Shown here: in pieces, positions 9,934 to 18,730 of the stretch
Position numbering within the stretch: position 1 is the stretch's first letter
Layout: each line of letters starts with the position of its first letter
Origin: a virus
Lineage: Duplodnaviria; Caudoviricetes
Length of the DNA stretch: 64,000 nt
Reading direction: 5' to 3' (one strand)
IMG/VR virus record: IMGVR_UViG_2643221942_000002
Coordinates: 1,958-65,957 of that record
Program-made: the position numbers and the translations under genes
Notes under the pieces: model-generated
Database searches by the model: none
What the model was told of the DNA's origin: nothing
What the model saw: the letters and a program-made list of their open reading frames with translations, nothing else

Positions 9934-10130
9934 GACGACTCCTTGCGCCTTGCAACAATCTTGTTGAGGCGTCCGCAGTAGTGGTTGAATTCTTCGATGG
10001 TGATGCGCTCGTCGGCCATCATTTCAGTCAGGGTTTTCTGAATCATCACCGACCAGCTGACCGGCGTTGCTGGTTCCGCTAAGGTTTCCAGCTCCTCGTC
10101 GATGAGGACGTGCGGGCTCAAAACCCGCAC
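9915..10130 (-). CDS. Phage hypothetical protein
   Basis: ORF in the coupled operon. Confidence 0.55.
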   Translation of the reverse strand: MRVLSPHVLIDEELETLAEPATPVSWSVMIQKTLTEMMADERITIEEFNHYCGRLNKIVARRKESSWLPQS

Positions 10131-10522
10131 TCCTGCTCGACCCGATCGCTTTCGCGCTCTGCATCTCGGTACTCGTTGGCATGCACCGCGACAAGGTCGG
10201 CAGCGAGCGACCGAACGATTTGCGCATCACCGCCGACGGCTTCAATGGCCCATGTGTGCAGAATCCCGCCGTCCCCGCGACAGATCAGCTCGATCAAAAT
10301 CTTTTCGATGTACCGATCGGGATCCGGGTTCGCAGCCATGTGATCCGCCAGCGCCTCCGGCAAGTGGTCAGCGTTGACCAGGACCTTGCTTCTTCCAACC
10401 GGATTGGGCGCCTCGACGTGACGCCGGTAAAGCAGATCGTCGACCGACTCGGTCAGCCATTCCTGACCTGCCTTCGTATCGAGGAAGTCGTCTTCCGGGA
10501 TGAGTTTGCGTAGAGCTGACAT
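10118..10522 (-). CDS. Phage hypothetical protein
   Basis: GGAGG RBS before the ATG at 10522. Confidence 0.65.
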   Translation of the reverse strand: MSALRKLIPEDDFLDTKAGQEWLTESVDDLLYRRHVEAPNPVGRSKVLVNADHLPEALADHMAANPDPDRYIEKILIELICRGDGGILHTWAIEAVGGDAQIVRSLAADLVAVHANEYRDAERESDRVEQECGF

Positions 10523-10674
10523 GGTCGCCTCCAGAGTGGCGGGTGTTGATCCAACAAAACTCGGATGCACTCGTCCGCTCCGCTGGTTGCCGTTGGGCGC
10601 GGAGGGGAGTGCATTCGGGATTGGTCGGTAGTTTGATGACTAGCTGCGCGGACTCATTGCGGTACGACACGCAG

Positions 10675-10702
10675 AAAAAAGCCCGCGAGAGGGGCGGGCT
10701 TC
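10675..10702 (-). terminator. Rho-independent terminator
   Basis: GCCCGC...GCGGGC hairpin with a T-tract on the minus strand, after 10715..11143. Confidence 0.65.
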
Positions 10703-10714
10703 AGTAGGCAGTCT

Positions 10715-11143
10715 TCAGAGGCAGTCGGACTTGCCTATCTGAAACTCAACTATCGGTGAGCTGGTTGAATCCTTGTACAGGAGGTTAATGGAAAGACCCG
10801 TTTTTACGAACTGTCCTAAACCTTTTTCATTGCAGAATGCAGAAACTGCAAGCGCTTTAGCGTCCTTGGTGAACTCATCGGTATCTATTTCTTCCTTTGC
10901 TACTTTTGTAAGCGTGTAAGAGATACGCATGACCTCATCGCTGTAGGTCACCGAGTCGATGCGAGTTGAGTCATCAGATGCTTTTCCGGACTGAACACTC
11001 ATGATTAGCGCGAGACCCTTTAGCTGGCGTTCACGCTCCTGCATTTTCTCTTCAGGAGCAGTCTTCGCATGCCATACCTGTACCAAGATAAAGAGCAAAG
11101 TCACTGCCGAGAAAAATATGATTATTCCGCGATTCTGTTTCAA
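10715..11143 (-). CDS. Membrane-anchored periplasmic protein, PA3611/GspS-beta-like
   Basis: N-terminal TM; DDSTRIDSV..ISYTL..FC..G..INLLYKD..C pattern with a Cys pair. Confidence 0.5.
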   Translation of the reverse strand: MKQNRGIIIFFSAVTLLFILVQVWHAKTAPEEKMQERERQLKGLALIMSVQSGKASDDSTRIDSVTYSDEVMRISYTLTKVAKEEIDTDEFTKDAKALAVSAFCNEKGLGQFVKTGLSINLLYKDSTSSPIVEFQIGKSDCL

Positions 11144-11328
11144 CTGGGATTACCGTAGCAAAAGGCCATTACTTATTTGACCATGCCTGCGGGACCATCT
11201 CAAGTTGCCCGAGCTGCCGGCTACGTCTCCGGCGCCGAGTTCCACGGCCGTGTTCAGTTCGCCAGCGCTCGATAACAACCGATTCTGGGATTTGATGCAG
11301 GTGGGCGGTTATAGGCCGCAGTTTCGTC

Positions 11329-11446
11329 CGCATCGGGGTGTGATCTGGCCGGGGCTCAACCGGCATTCGGCGGAAGGTTAGCCCTGTAGGCGACCGGTTG
11401 GCACTTCCGCTGCCCGAGACTTAGCCTCAGATCACACCCCGATGCG
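11329..11446. repeat. Perfect 19-bp inverted repeat enclosing an 80-nt structured segment
   Basis: CGCATCGGGGTGTGATCTG (11329-11347) / CAGATCACACCCCGATGCG (11428-11446). Confidence 0.9.
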
Positions 11447-11499
11447 CTCTCATAGAGAGGATCGGGCAGTTAACGACAGGCTGTCGTGGCGCTGGTTGT

Positions 11500-12279
11500 T
11501 CAGTCGTCAAAGCCGTAGGAGAAGTCGCTTTCCTCGCAGTCGATCAGTAGAACGGCTTCACCGAAGTAAAGCGAAGCCAGAATGCGCTCCCATTTCGAGC
11601 GGATATTCATTTTGATCGAGACTTTTTTCGCATCGAGTTGGGCGCTATACACCTTCCCGAATTCGACTTTCGGTCTCCAGTGGTCTCCGGTTTCGCGCTC
11701 ACCTTCAACCATCACATGGAGGTTGTGTTTAAGGGTGTAGTCGCTGCGGCGCTCATTGCTATAGCTGTACCGACTCCCACCTTCTGGCTGCGGATCGAAG
11801 TAGATGTGGTAGAACTTGTGAGAATGGCTGTCGTCTTCAGTGATGCGGATTTCCGGGGCGCTCCATCGCTCGTCCGCAGCCTCTTCTTTGTGTTCATCAA
11901 TGAATGCTTCGAGCAAATCCTTCAGCGAAATCTCACCTGTGAGCAGACCTTCACCGGTCAACACCTCAGTAATGGATGCGTCGGCCTGCTTCATGATTGC
12001 CGACTCCATGCCTGCAGCCTCCCAGCGCTCCCGCAAAGCATTGGCGATCAGTGCGTTGTAGCGCTGAAGTTCAAACATGTCGGTGACATTGGCTGGAAAG
12101 GCTTCCTTCACGGCCGTTTTTATTGATTCGCCGATGGTGCCGTAAGATCTGAAGGCGTCTTCGACGACGCTTTTGAACATCTTGTCGATGCCCTCATCGA
12201 TCAGCTCGCGAGGGCGATCAGACAGGGCGTAAGTGCTGACACGTTCGGCCAGCAGTTGCTGAAGCGTTTGTTCGCTCAT
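11500..12279 (-). CDS. Phage hypothetical protein
   Basis: 259-aa ORF with a GGAG RBS; first large gene of the pL operon. Confidence 0.75.
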   Translation of the reverse strand: MSEQTLQQLLAERVSTYALSDRPRELIDEGIDKMFKSVVEDAFRSYGTIGESIKTAVKEAFPANVTDMFELQRYNALIANALRERWEAAGMESAIMKQADASITEVLTGEGLLTGEISLKDLLEAFIDEHKEEAADERWSAPEIRITEDDSHSHKFYHIYFDPQPEGGSRYSYSNERRSDYTLKHNLHVMVEGERETGDHWRPKVEFGKVYSAQLDAKKVSIKMNIRSKWERILASLYFGEAVLLIDCEESDFSYGFDD

Positions 12280-12376
12280 TTGATGCTCCGTGCTTGATCG
12301 GTTGATTTCCCGTCTGGCCCTGTCGCCAAGGCCAGCCAGTGAAATCTGTTTTTCTCCGCACCCGCTTACCAGGTCA

Positions 12377-12566
12377 TTCACTCAGTTCGGTCAACACCTC
12401 GTCCGCCGTCGCAGTGGGCTGCGCGTGGGCAGGCTTTCGGGCCTGTCGGATCGCCGGTCGCCGGTAGAGGCTTCACTCAGTTCGGTCAACACCTCGTCCG
12501 CCGTCGCAGTGGGCTGCGCGTGGGCAGGCTTTCGGGCCTGTCGGATCGCCGGTCGCCGGTAGAGGC
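12377..12566. repeat. Exact 95-bp tandem duplication
   Basis: 12377-12471 is identical to 12472-12566. Confidence 0.95.
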
Positions 12567-12659
12567 AAGTGCGGTTTTGTTCATCGGTTTACTGACCTCC
12601 CACCGATGGAGCCGGGAGTGACCTAACCGGACTGGCCGGGTAGTCGTTCATGGCGCTGG

Positions 12660-12672
12660 TTGTTAAAGAGCG
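12660..12672 (-). promoter_or_regulatory. boxA antitermination element (nutL-like)
   Basis: CGCTCTTTAACAA on the minus strand, downstream of oL. Confidence 0.75.
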
Positions 12673-12726
12673 GCGGGTCTGTTGAGGCCCTTCGCGGTGG
12701 GTTTGTGTCACTGCGATGGGCGTAAA

Positions 12727-12766
12727 TTAACCGGCGGTTACCTGTCCGTCAATACCGCCGGTTAAT
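12727..12766. promoter_or_regulatory. oL operators / pL
   Basis: TAACCGGCGGTTA and ATACCGCCGGTTA; the same palindrome occurs in the cI-cro intergenic region. Confidence 0.75.
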
Positions 12767-12801
12767 TTAATTTGCGAAAGATTTGGTTATTCTTCGTTAA
12801 A

Positions 12802-12817
12802 CTGGATGGATATACAG
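12802..12817 (+). promoter_or_regulatory. LexA (SOS) box
   Basis: CTGGATGGATATACAG (CTG-N10-CAG) about 18 nt before the DUF1654 gene. Confidence 0.7.
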
Positions 12818-12835
12818 CTATCAGGAGGGAAATAG

Positions 12836-13156
12836 ATGGCAGCGGCACAAAAACAAAACCGGCACGAAAGCGGTGGCATGTCAGGCCTTGAGCGCCTTCA
12901 GTTGCGCGTCTCGTCGATGATCAACCACCCGATCGCACAGATTCAGCGCTGGGTGACGATCCATCGGCTGGACACGGATGGAGAAAGGGAATGGAAGGAG
13001 GTGATGGGATTGCTATCCGAGACGGAGTGCATAGACATGACGTTCAACGACGATGAGTCGGTTACGCTCAGGTGGGATCCTCAAGGCGAGGAGGAGAGAG
13101 TCGCCGAGGTGGAAAATCTGTTTGAGGTGTCGATGGAGCAGGCGGCCCCGTTCTAA
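12836..13156 (+). CDS. DUF1654 family protein
   Basis: LERLQLRVSSMINHPIAQIQRWVTIHRLDTD motif. Confidence 0.75.
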   Translation: MAAAQKQNRHESGGMSGLERLQLRVSSMINHPIAQIQRWVTIHRLDTDGEREWKEVMGLLSETECIDMTFNDDESVTLRWDPQGEEERVAEVENLFEVSMEQAAPF

Positions 13157-13161
13157 AAGGC

Positions 13162-13188
13162 AAAAAAAGCCCGCTCATCGGCGGGCTT
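13162..13188. terminator. Terminator between convergent genes
   Basis: AAAAAAAGCCCGC-TCATCG-GCGGGCTT. Confidence 0.65.
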
Positions 13189-13190
13189 GG

Positions 13191-13976
13191 TCATTTTTGC
13201 TTAGGCGTAGAGCTGGGTGGGGCGATGCTTTTATCTGGAGCTGGAGCTGGAGCTGGAGCTGGAGCTGGCTGGATAGCGATGGATTTTTTCAGATCTTCAA
13301 TGCTCGACTGCAGGCTCGCCACCTCTTTACCAGAGTCAAAAAAGCTCTTCGCACCATAGATCATGGTTGCGTTTATTGCTAGAAATCCAAACAAAGAGGC
13401 GATTACGATCCCCAAAATATGCTTGGTGGACTCTTTGTTGGAAGCCTTAACCCCCTCAAGATTGGTTGTCAGTTTTGCCTCGAATCCATCAACCTTGGAA
13501 GCAACCGAGGCTATCGCTATACCCATAGACTCAAGTTTTGAATCGATGACTCTGTCTCTGTCTTCTAGCCGTCGATTGGTAGCTTCGAATCTTTCTGAGT
13601 AGAGCGTATCTCGGGCCTCTTGCTCGCGTCGGTATGCGTCTGCACGCCTGTCTTCAGCACGCTCCATTCTCTCGATACGCTTATCCATCCGGTCTTCGAT
13701 TTCGGCCAAAGTGGATTTTAGCTCTTCACGCGTTAGGTCTGTCATGACGATAGTATCCGCTGGTTTCTCGTCTTGGTCACCCCGTTTATTCGCCCGCTCG
13801 GAAGTCGATGATGCTGATGCAAAATTTGAGTCGGTGTAGCCAGATAGTCTTTTTTTTACGTCTGCGAGAACGATTGGTTGGCCACGAAGCTCAACAGGTC
13901 GTGGCTCGCTATGCTCGGTTTTTTTTAGGTCTGCACCGCCAGCTCCCCCGATGAAGTTACTCTTCATGTACTTCAT
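13191..13976 (-). CDS. Coiled-coil membrane protein with a Pro-Ala repeat tail (rex position)
   Basis: Downstream of cI; coiled coil plus one TM; (CTGGAG)5 at 13235-13264; start uncertain. Confidence 0.65.
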   Translation of the reverse strand: MKYMKSNFIGGAGGADLKKTEHSEPRPVELRGQPIVLADVKKRLSGYTDSNFASASSTSERANKRGDQDEKPADTIVMTDLTREELKSTLAEIEDRMDKRIERMERAEDRRADAYRREQEARDTLYSERFEATNRRLEDRDRVIDSKLESMGIAIASVASKVDGFEAKLTTNLEGVKASNKESTKHILGIVIASLFGFLAINATMIYGAKSFFDSGKEVASLQSSIEDLKKSIAIQPAPAPAPAPAPDKSIAPPSSTPKQK

Positions 13977-14343
13977 CCGCTGGGTTTTCCTTGACCCAGT
14001 TATTTACAATAGATGCAAGTGTGAACACGATAAATCCACAATTAGAGCAATGAATCCCATAGGTAATCCCTGCCAGTTCATAATTTCTAATATCGTGCTC
14101 AAACTCGATGACAGGTGATTCGCCATTGAGCCCATCACCAGAAGGCTTGTCTAATGCTAGGCCTGATTCGTTGTGGATAGACCAAGTGTTCGCACCACAT
14201 TGGCTGCACTTGTAGTCATCGCTGCGTTTCGCGATAAGGAATCTTACAAAATCCTTTGTTTTCGCAACGCTTTCCTCGGCCTCTTCGATTTGCGCGTCTT
14301 CAGGAATGTCAGTCATTTTTAATCCATTTATCTCAAGATTCAC
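13957..14343 (-). CDS. Zinc-ribbon protein (rex position)
   Basis: CSQC...CSNC; low GC; directly downstream of cI. Confidence 0.65.
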   Translation of the reverse strand: MNLEINGLKMTDIPEDAQIEEAEESVAKTKDFVRFLIAKRSDDYKCSQCGANTWSIHNESGLALDKPSGDGLNGESPVIEFEHDIRNYELAGITYGIHCSNCGFIVFTLASIVNNWVKENPADEVHEE

Positions 14344-14413
14344 TGTGTCGGCAGGCTTTCGCTATTAGCATTGCACCTTCCGAAATCAATCATCGTATTT
14401 TTTGATGGTTTAA

Positions 14414-15280
14414 TTACACAAGCTGGGAGTTCCATACCAGCAGAACTCGAGCTTGAATGAAGGTCTCATCTGCTCTGATCGTTTGAGGCGGGTGTCGATC
14501 ATTGTCGGAAATCATCTTGATCTGATCATCACCGATCCACTGGAGACGTTTGATGTAGATGTGACCTTCCCACGAGAACATGTAGATCCCATCCCCCACG
14601 AATTCCCGGATGCTGATGTCGACCAGCAGCGGATCTCGATGCTTGATCGTCGGTGCCATCGACTGGCCCCAACCGGTCACCATCTTCAAGTGAAAATGCT
14701 CTTTGAACTCGACACCCATCTCGCGAAGATGCTGAGGGCTTACCCGGACATCCTGCAGCATCTCGGGATAGTCATGCGGGATCTGACCTCCGCCCATCGC
14801 GGCGCGGACGTCGTAGTGGGCGATCCACACCTCATCACCCACAACTCCTGGCCGGTAGTAGTCAATCTCGATGGCGCCCCCGGCATCATCTGCTTCAGCG
14901 GCTGCCATCAATCTTTGTCTGGCTGTGTCGGTTAGCCCTTTGCCCTGCTTGTCAAGCATCTGGCGGACCATGTCGGCGGCTGAGAGCGTCGAAACCGCTG
15001 GTGTGTCGGCGACACTTGTCAGCCCGCTGATCTCGCGCGCAAGTCGCTTACTGAAGCGCTCGACTGGAACACCGAGTAAGCGCGATAGAACCGCCGCGAA
15101 CTTGGCGTTCAGAGGATTCGTTCCGTTCAGGTACATAGCTACCGCAGCGGCCGATATATCAGCCTCCGCTGCAAGACTCGCCTGAGTCAGTCCGAGCGCG
15201 TTCTTTTTCGATACGAAAAGCGCCTTGGCGGCGTCGCACTCAGCTTTCAGTTCTGGGGACAGCTCTTTCTTTCTGCTCAT
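14414..15280 (-). CDS. cI: CI-like repressor (HTH + S24 peptidase)
   Basis: N-terminal HTH; GQSMAP and YIKRL catalytic motifs; divergent from cro. Confidence 0.92.
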   Translation of the reverse strand: MSRKKELSPELKAECDAAKALFVSKKNALGLTQASLAAEADISAAAVAMYLNGTNPLNAKFAAVLSRLLGVPVERFSKRLAREISGLTSVADTPAVSTLSAADMVRQMLDKQGKGLTDTARQRLMAAAEADDAGGAIEIDYYRPGVVGDEVWIAHYDVRAAMGGGQIPHDYPEMLQDVRVSPQHLREMGVEFKEHFHLKMVTGWGQSMAPTIKHRDPLLVDISIREFVGDGIYMFSWEGHIYIKRLQWIGDDQIKMISDNDRHPPQTIRADETFIQARVLLVWNSQLV

Positions 15281-15289
15281 CCGTGAAAT

Positions 15290-15353
15290 TTAACCGTTGG
15301 TTAATTTTATTGCGGCAACCGCCGGTGTTGCCTGAAAGCTAACCGGCGGTTAA
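15290..15353. promoter_or_regulatory. oR operators
   Basis: TTAACCGTTGGTTAA, CAACCGCCGGTGT, TAACCGGCGGTTAA. Confidence 0.75.
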
Positions 15354-15387
15354 CATTGGATCTAACAAAGTTTGCTGAGGCAACGAC

Positions 15388-15594
15388 ATGAAGAAGACGC
15401 CACTGCCAGAACTGGTTGAGCGAATTGGTCAGTCCGCTGTCGCCAAGGGCCTTGGCGTCAGCGCTCCAGCCATTTCAAAAGCCTTGAAGGCGGCCAGGGA
15501 AATCCTGGTCATTGAACATGAGGACGGGAAGCTGACAGCGGAGGAGGTTCGTCCATTTCCGTGCCAGCTGCCGGCTCAAAGAACCGCCGCCTGA
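15388..15594 (+). CDS. cro: Cro-like repressor
   Basis: GQSAVAKGLGVSAPAISKAL HTH; AEEVRPFP C-terminus as in lambda Cro. Confidence 0.88.
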   Translation: MKKTPLPELVERIGQSAVAKGLGVSAPAISKALKAAREILVIEHEDGKLTAEEVRPFPCQLPAQRTAA

Positions 15595-15673
15595 CATCAA
15601 AGTCCGCCGTCCCTTGAGCAAATGATCGCGCCGCTGGTGGCGCAAAGCCACGTAACAATTTTTGAGGTGTGAC

Positions 15674-16099
15674 ATGCAGGAGTTGATGAGAGCGATCTAC
15701 GACGTGGTTGACGACCATGGCACCAAAAAGATCGCAGAGGGCGCGGACTTCAAATCCCGGACGTTGCTTTCGCAGAAGGCAAACCCGGACTACGACACCC
15801 ACCGCATGAACGTGGAAGAGCTGCACCGGATCATGAAGTTCACCCAAGACTTCCGCCCGCTCAAGGCTTGGGCTGAGTCCTTCGGTTTCGACCTAGTCCA
15901 GAAAGAGCGGCCGGAAGGGATCAATCTCAACGCCGCTCTGCTTCGACTGCATGCCGACCTTGCCGATGTCACCCGGCTTGCGTTCGACGCACAGGCTGAT
16001 GGTCGAGTCTGCTCGGTCGAGAAAACGAGCCTGCTCAAGGAGGCTGAGGAGGTAATCGTCAGCCTGGAAGTGTTCAAGCAGTCCGTGAAGGCAGCCTGA
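15674..16099 (+). CDS. Phage regulatory CII family protein
   Basis: LLSQKANPD..H.MNVEEL..I; position after cro. Confidence 0.75.
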   Translation: MQELMRAIYDVVDDHGTKKIAEGADFKSRTLLSQKANPDYDTHRMNVEELHRIMKFTQDFRPLKAWAESFGFDLVQKERPEGINLNAALLRLHADLADVTRLAFDAQADGRVCSVEKTSLLKEAEEVIVSLEVFKQSVKAA

Positions 16100-16169
16100 A
16101 TTTCAGACACAAAAAAGCCGACGTACGAGGTCGGCTTTTTCTACAGCAATAAAACAAGTGGAGCCAATT

Positions 16170-16973
16170 ATGCACGCACAGCCACAACAGGACAATACCG
16201 GACGTGTCGCGACACGTTTTTCCAATTCTGAAAACGTGTCGCGTACCACGATGTCGTCTCGCGAGATTGCTAACGTCACCGGCAAGCGGCACGCCAACGT
16301 GAAGCGCGACATCGCTGCGATGCTGAAAGAACTGAAATTAGATGTACTCAGTTTTGAGCACATCTATCAGGACGGCCAAAACCGGGAACAGGTTGAGTAC
16401 ATGCTCGATCGCGAGCACACCGATTGCCTGCTCACCGGTTACAGCGCCCCGATGCGCATGAAGGTGATTCGCCGGTGGCGCGAGCTTGAACAGCAGCAGG
16501 GCGCCCGCCAGCAGGTTCTGCTCAATGGCACCAAGGTCGTCGGCGAGATCGCCATCATGGAGTGCTTCACGCGCCTGCTGAAGCCGGCTCCATCCTGCCA
16601 GATGGCCATGCTAACGAAGATCGCCCAGAACAACGGGCTCGATCCGAAGTTTCTCCCAGGTTACGCCGTCGACTCTGCACCTGATGCCGCCGGCGGCTCT
16701 TCGATGCCCACCAAGTCGGCCACGGCCTTGCTGAAAGACAACTGCATTCGCATTGCGCCAGCAGCATTCAACCGCGCACTGGCCGCCAAGGGCTTCCTCA
16801 AGCAGCTCCAGCGCAAAAACTCCAAGCAGGAAATGGTCGACTTCTGGTCGGTCACTGACAAGGGGCTGGCCTACGGCAAGAACCTCACCAGCCCGCAATG
16901 CCCACGCGAGACACAGCCTCACTGGTACGTGGATCGCTTCCTCGAACTGGCCAAATTGATCGGGAAGGCTTGA
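16170..16973 (+). CDS. Rha family regulator with a KilAC-like C-terminus
   Basis: TMSSREIA..TGKRHANVKRDI; KSATALLK..FN..GF. Confidence 0.85.
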   Translation: MHAQPQQDNTGRVATRFSNSENVSRTTMSSREIANVTGKRHANVKRDIAAMLKELKLDVLSFEHIYQDGQNREQVEYMLDREHTDCLLTGYSAPMRMKVIRRWRELEQQQGARQQVLLNGTKVVGEIAIMECFTRLLKPAPSCQMAMLTKIAQNNGLDPKFLPGYAVDSAPDAAGGSSMPTKSATALLKDNCIRIAPAAFNRALAAKGFLKQLQRKNSKQEMVDFWSVTDKGLAYGKNLTSPQCPRETQPHWYVDRFLELAKLIGKA

Positions 16974-16974
16974 T

Positions 16975-17946
16975 ATGCAATTCACCGTCACGATCAATCA
17001 GGTGAAGGCGTTGGAGTGGGGGCTGAACTCTCAGCAGGCCCTGCTGTTCGCCTTCGTCTACGGCTGCCCGAGCTGGACCAAGCCAATCAAGACTGACGAC
17101 GGGATCTTCTTCGCGCTGAGCAAGGCAAAAATCATCGAGGAGCTCCCGCTGCTCACCGACAAGCCGGACACTGCTTATCGCATGCTGAAGGCCCTGGAAG
17201 AGGCCGGTTTGATTGAGCTTTCCAGCACTTCAAATATCACTCTGTTCCGCCTGACCGAGAAGGCGATCGAGTGGAACCAGAAGCTGGACGGGTCGGAAAA
17301 ATATCCGACCCCACCAAAAAACGAAGGTCGGAAAAAAATCCGATCTACCTCGGAAAAAAATCCGAGCAAGGTCGGAGAAAAATCCGAGCAAGGGTCGGAA
17401 AAATCTCCGACAAATCAGGATACCAATCATCAGGGTACTAATCAGGATACCGATCAGGACTTGCAAGGCAGCCCGGGCAAGCCGGCCCGCAACCTGGTGC
17501 TGGTGGTTGATCGCACCGATACGCCACGGGTTGAGATTCCCGCTGACATGCCGGGCCCGAAAGACCAGTCCTGCAAAACCTTCAAGGTCTGGGCGAACTA
17601 CGCCATGGCCTACCGCAAGCGTTACAGCACCTGGCCGGTGTGGAACGCCAAGGTCGGTGGCCAGCTCGGTCAACTGGTCGACCGCCTCGGCGCCGATGTC
17701 GCCCATCACGTCGCCGCTCACTTCCTGAAAACCAGCGATGCCTCTGTTCTGCGCAAGTGCCACAGCCTCAACGAACTGCTGTCAAACGCCGAGAGCTACC
17801 ACACCCAGTGGGTTACCGGTCAGCGCATCAACGGGACAACTGCCCGCCAGATGGAGCGTACCGAAGCGAACGTCTCTGCTGCAGAGCAGGCCGCGCAAAT
17901 GGTCTTGGCTAAGCGCCAAGCAGGGGAGCGCAATGAATACCTTTGA
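16975..17946 (+). CDS. Phage replication initiator (O-like)
   Basis: Position; N-terminal wHTH-like region; internal iterons. Confidence 0.8.
   Translation: MQFTVTINQVKALEWGLNSQQALLFAFVYGCPSWTKPIKTDDGIFFALSKAKIIEELPLLTDKPDTAYRMLKALEEAGLIELSSTSNITLFRLTEKAIEWNQKLDGSEKYPTPPKNEGRKKIRSTSEKNPSKVGEKSEQGSEKSPTNQDTNHQGTNQDTDQDLQGSPGKPARNLVLVVDRTDTPRVEIPADMPGPKDQSCKTFKVWANYAMAYRKRYSTWPVWNAKVGGQLGQLVDRLGADVAHHVAAHFLKTSDASVLRKCHSLNELLSNAESYHTQWVTGQRINGTTARQMERTEANVSAAEQAAQMVLAKRQAGERNEYL
17291..17460. repeat. Replication origin iterons
   Basis: Five TCGGA(A-rich)TCCGA palindromic units followed by four ATCAGG repeats. Confidence 0.75.
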
Positions 17947-18730
17947 AATGAATGACCAACAGGTTGCCGGGCTCGCTGCTGCGATCTGCGCCACCGCCGA
18001 GGCCATGGGTCAGGAAATGAACCCAGGCACCGCGGCGATCATGGCCGAAGATCTCTGTGCCTACCCGGTACCGGTGGTGAAAGCCGCACTGAAGGCCTGC
18101 CGCTTTGAGGTGAAGGGCAAGTTGGCAATGGCTGACATTCTTCAGCGCGTGCAGATCGCCGATGGGCGCCCGGGCAAGGACGAAGCATGGGCGATCGCCA
18201 TGACCACCAACGACGAGTTCGAAACCGTGGTGATAACCGATGAAATCCAGCTCGCCTTGGCAGCCGCAAAACCTGTTCTCGACGCCGGCGACAAGGTCGG
18301 TGCGCGCATGGCGTTCAACAGTGCTTATGAGCGTCTGGTGGGTCAGGCCCGGGAGGACAACAAACACGTCAACTGGCATGTGTCCGTCGGCTTCGACGCC
18401 AACCGCCGCACGCAGGCGATCACCAAGGCTGTGCAGATGCAGCGGATCCCGCAAGAGCGAGCTCAGCAGTACCTGGCCGACTTGAGTGTCGTGCCGGTCA
18501 CTGAAGACGGTCGGGCCGTCGTTGCACTGCTCACCGGTGAGGTTGCGCGGCCTTCGCCAAAACTGCGCGAGAGGCTCGCCGCGGTGAAGGATTCGATGCT
18601 CGCCATGCGCCAAGCATCAGCCGAGGAAAAAACAGAAATGCGAATTCAGGCAGCCAATGAGCTGGCGGATCGCCGGGCGCTGCTCATTCAGCAGGCCGAA
18701 CAATTGGAAGCAAGGAGTGCGGCTCAGTGA
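17933..18730 (+). CDS. Replication protein (P-position)
   Basis: Follows the initiator; DGRPGKDEAW motif. Confidence 0.65.
   Translation: MNTFEMNDQQVAGLAAAICATAEAMGQEMNPGTAAIMAEDLCAYPVPVVKAALKACRFEVKGKLAMADILQRVQIADGRPGKDEAWAIAMTTNDEFETVVITDEIQLALAAAKPVLDAGDKVGARMAFNSAYERLVGQAREDNKHVNWHVSVGFDANRRTQAITKAVQMQRIPQERAQQYLADLSVVPVTEDGRAVVALLTGEVARPSPKLRERLAAVKDSMLAMRQASAEEKTEMRIQAANELADRRALLIQQAEQLEARSAAQ

Noticed and set aside
12377-12566. CRISPR-like or DGR template/variable repeat
   Set aside because: Two identical adjacent copies, with no spacers, no adenine-specific mismatches, and no cas or reverse transcriptase gene
13235-13268. (CTGGAG)5 as a phase-variation switch
   Set aside because: The hexamer unit keeps the frame and only changes the Pro-Ala linker length
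17291-17460. Novel repeat array
   Set aside because: Explained as iterons inside the O-like initiator gene
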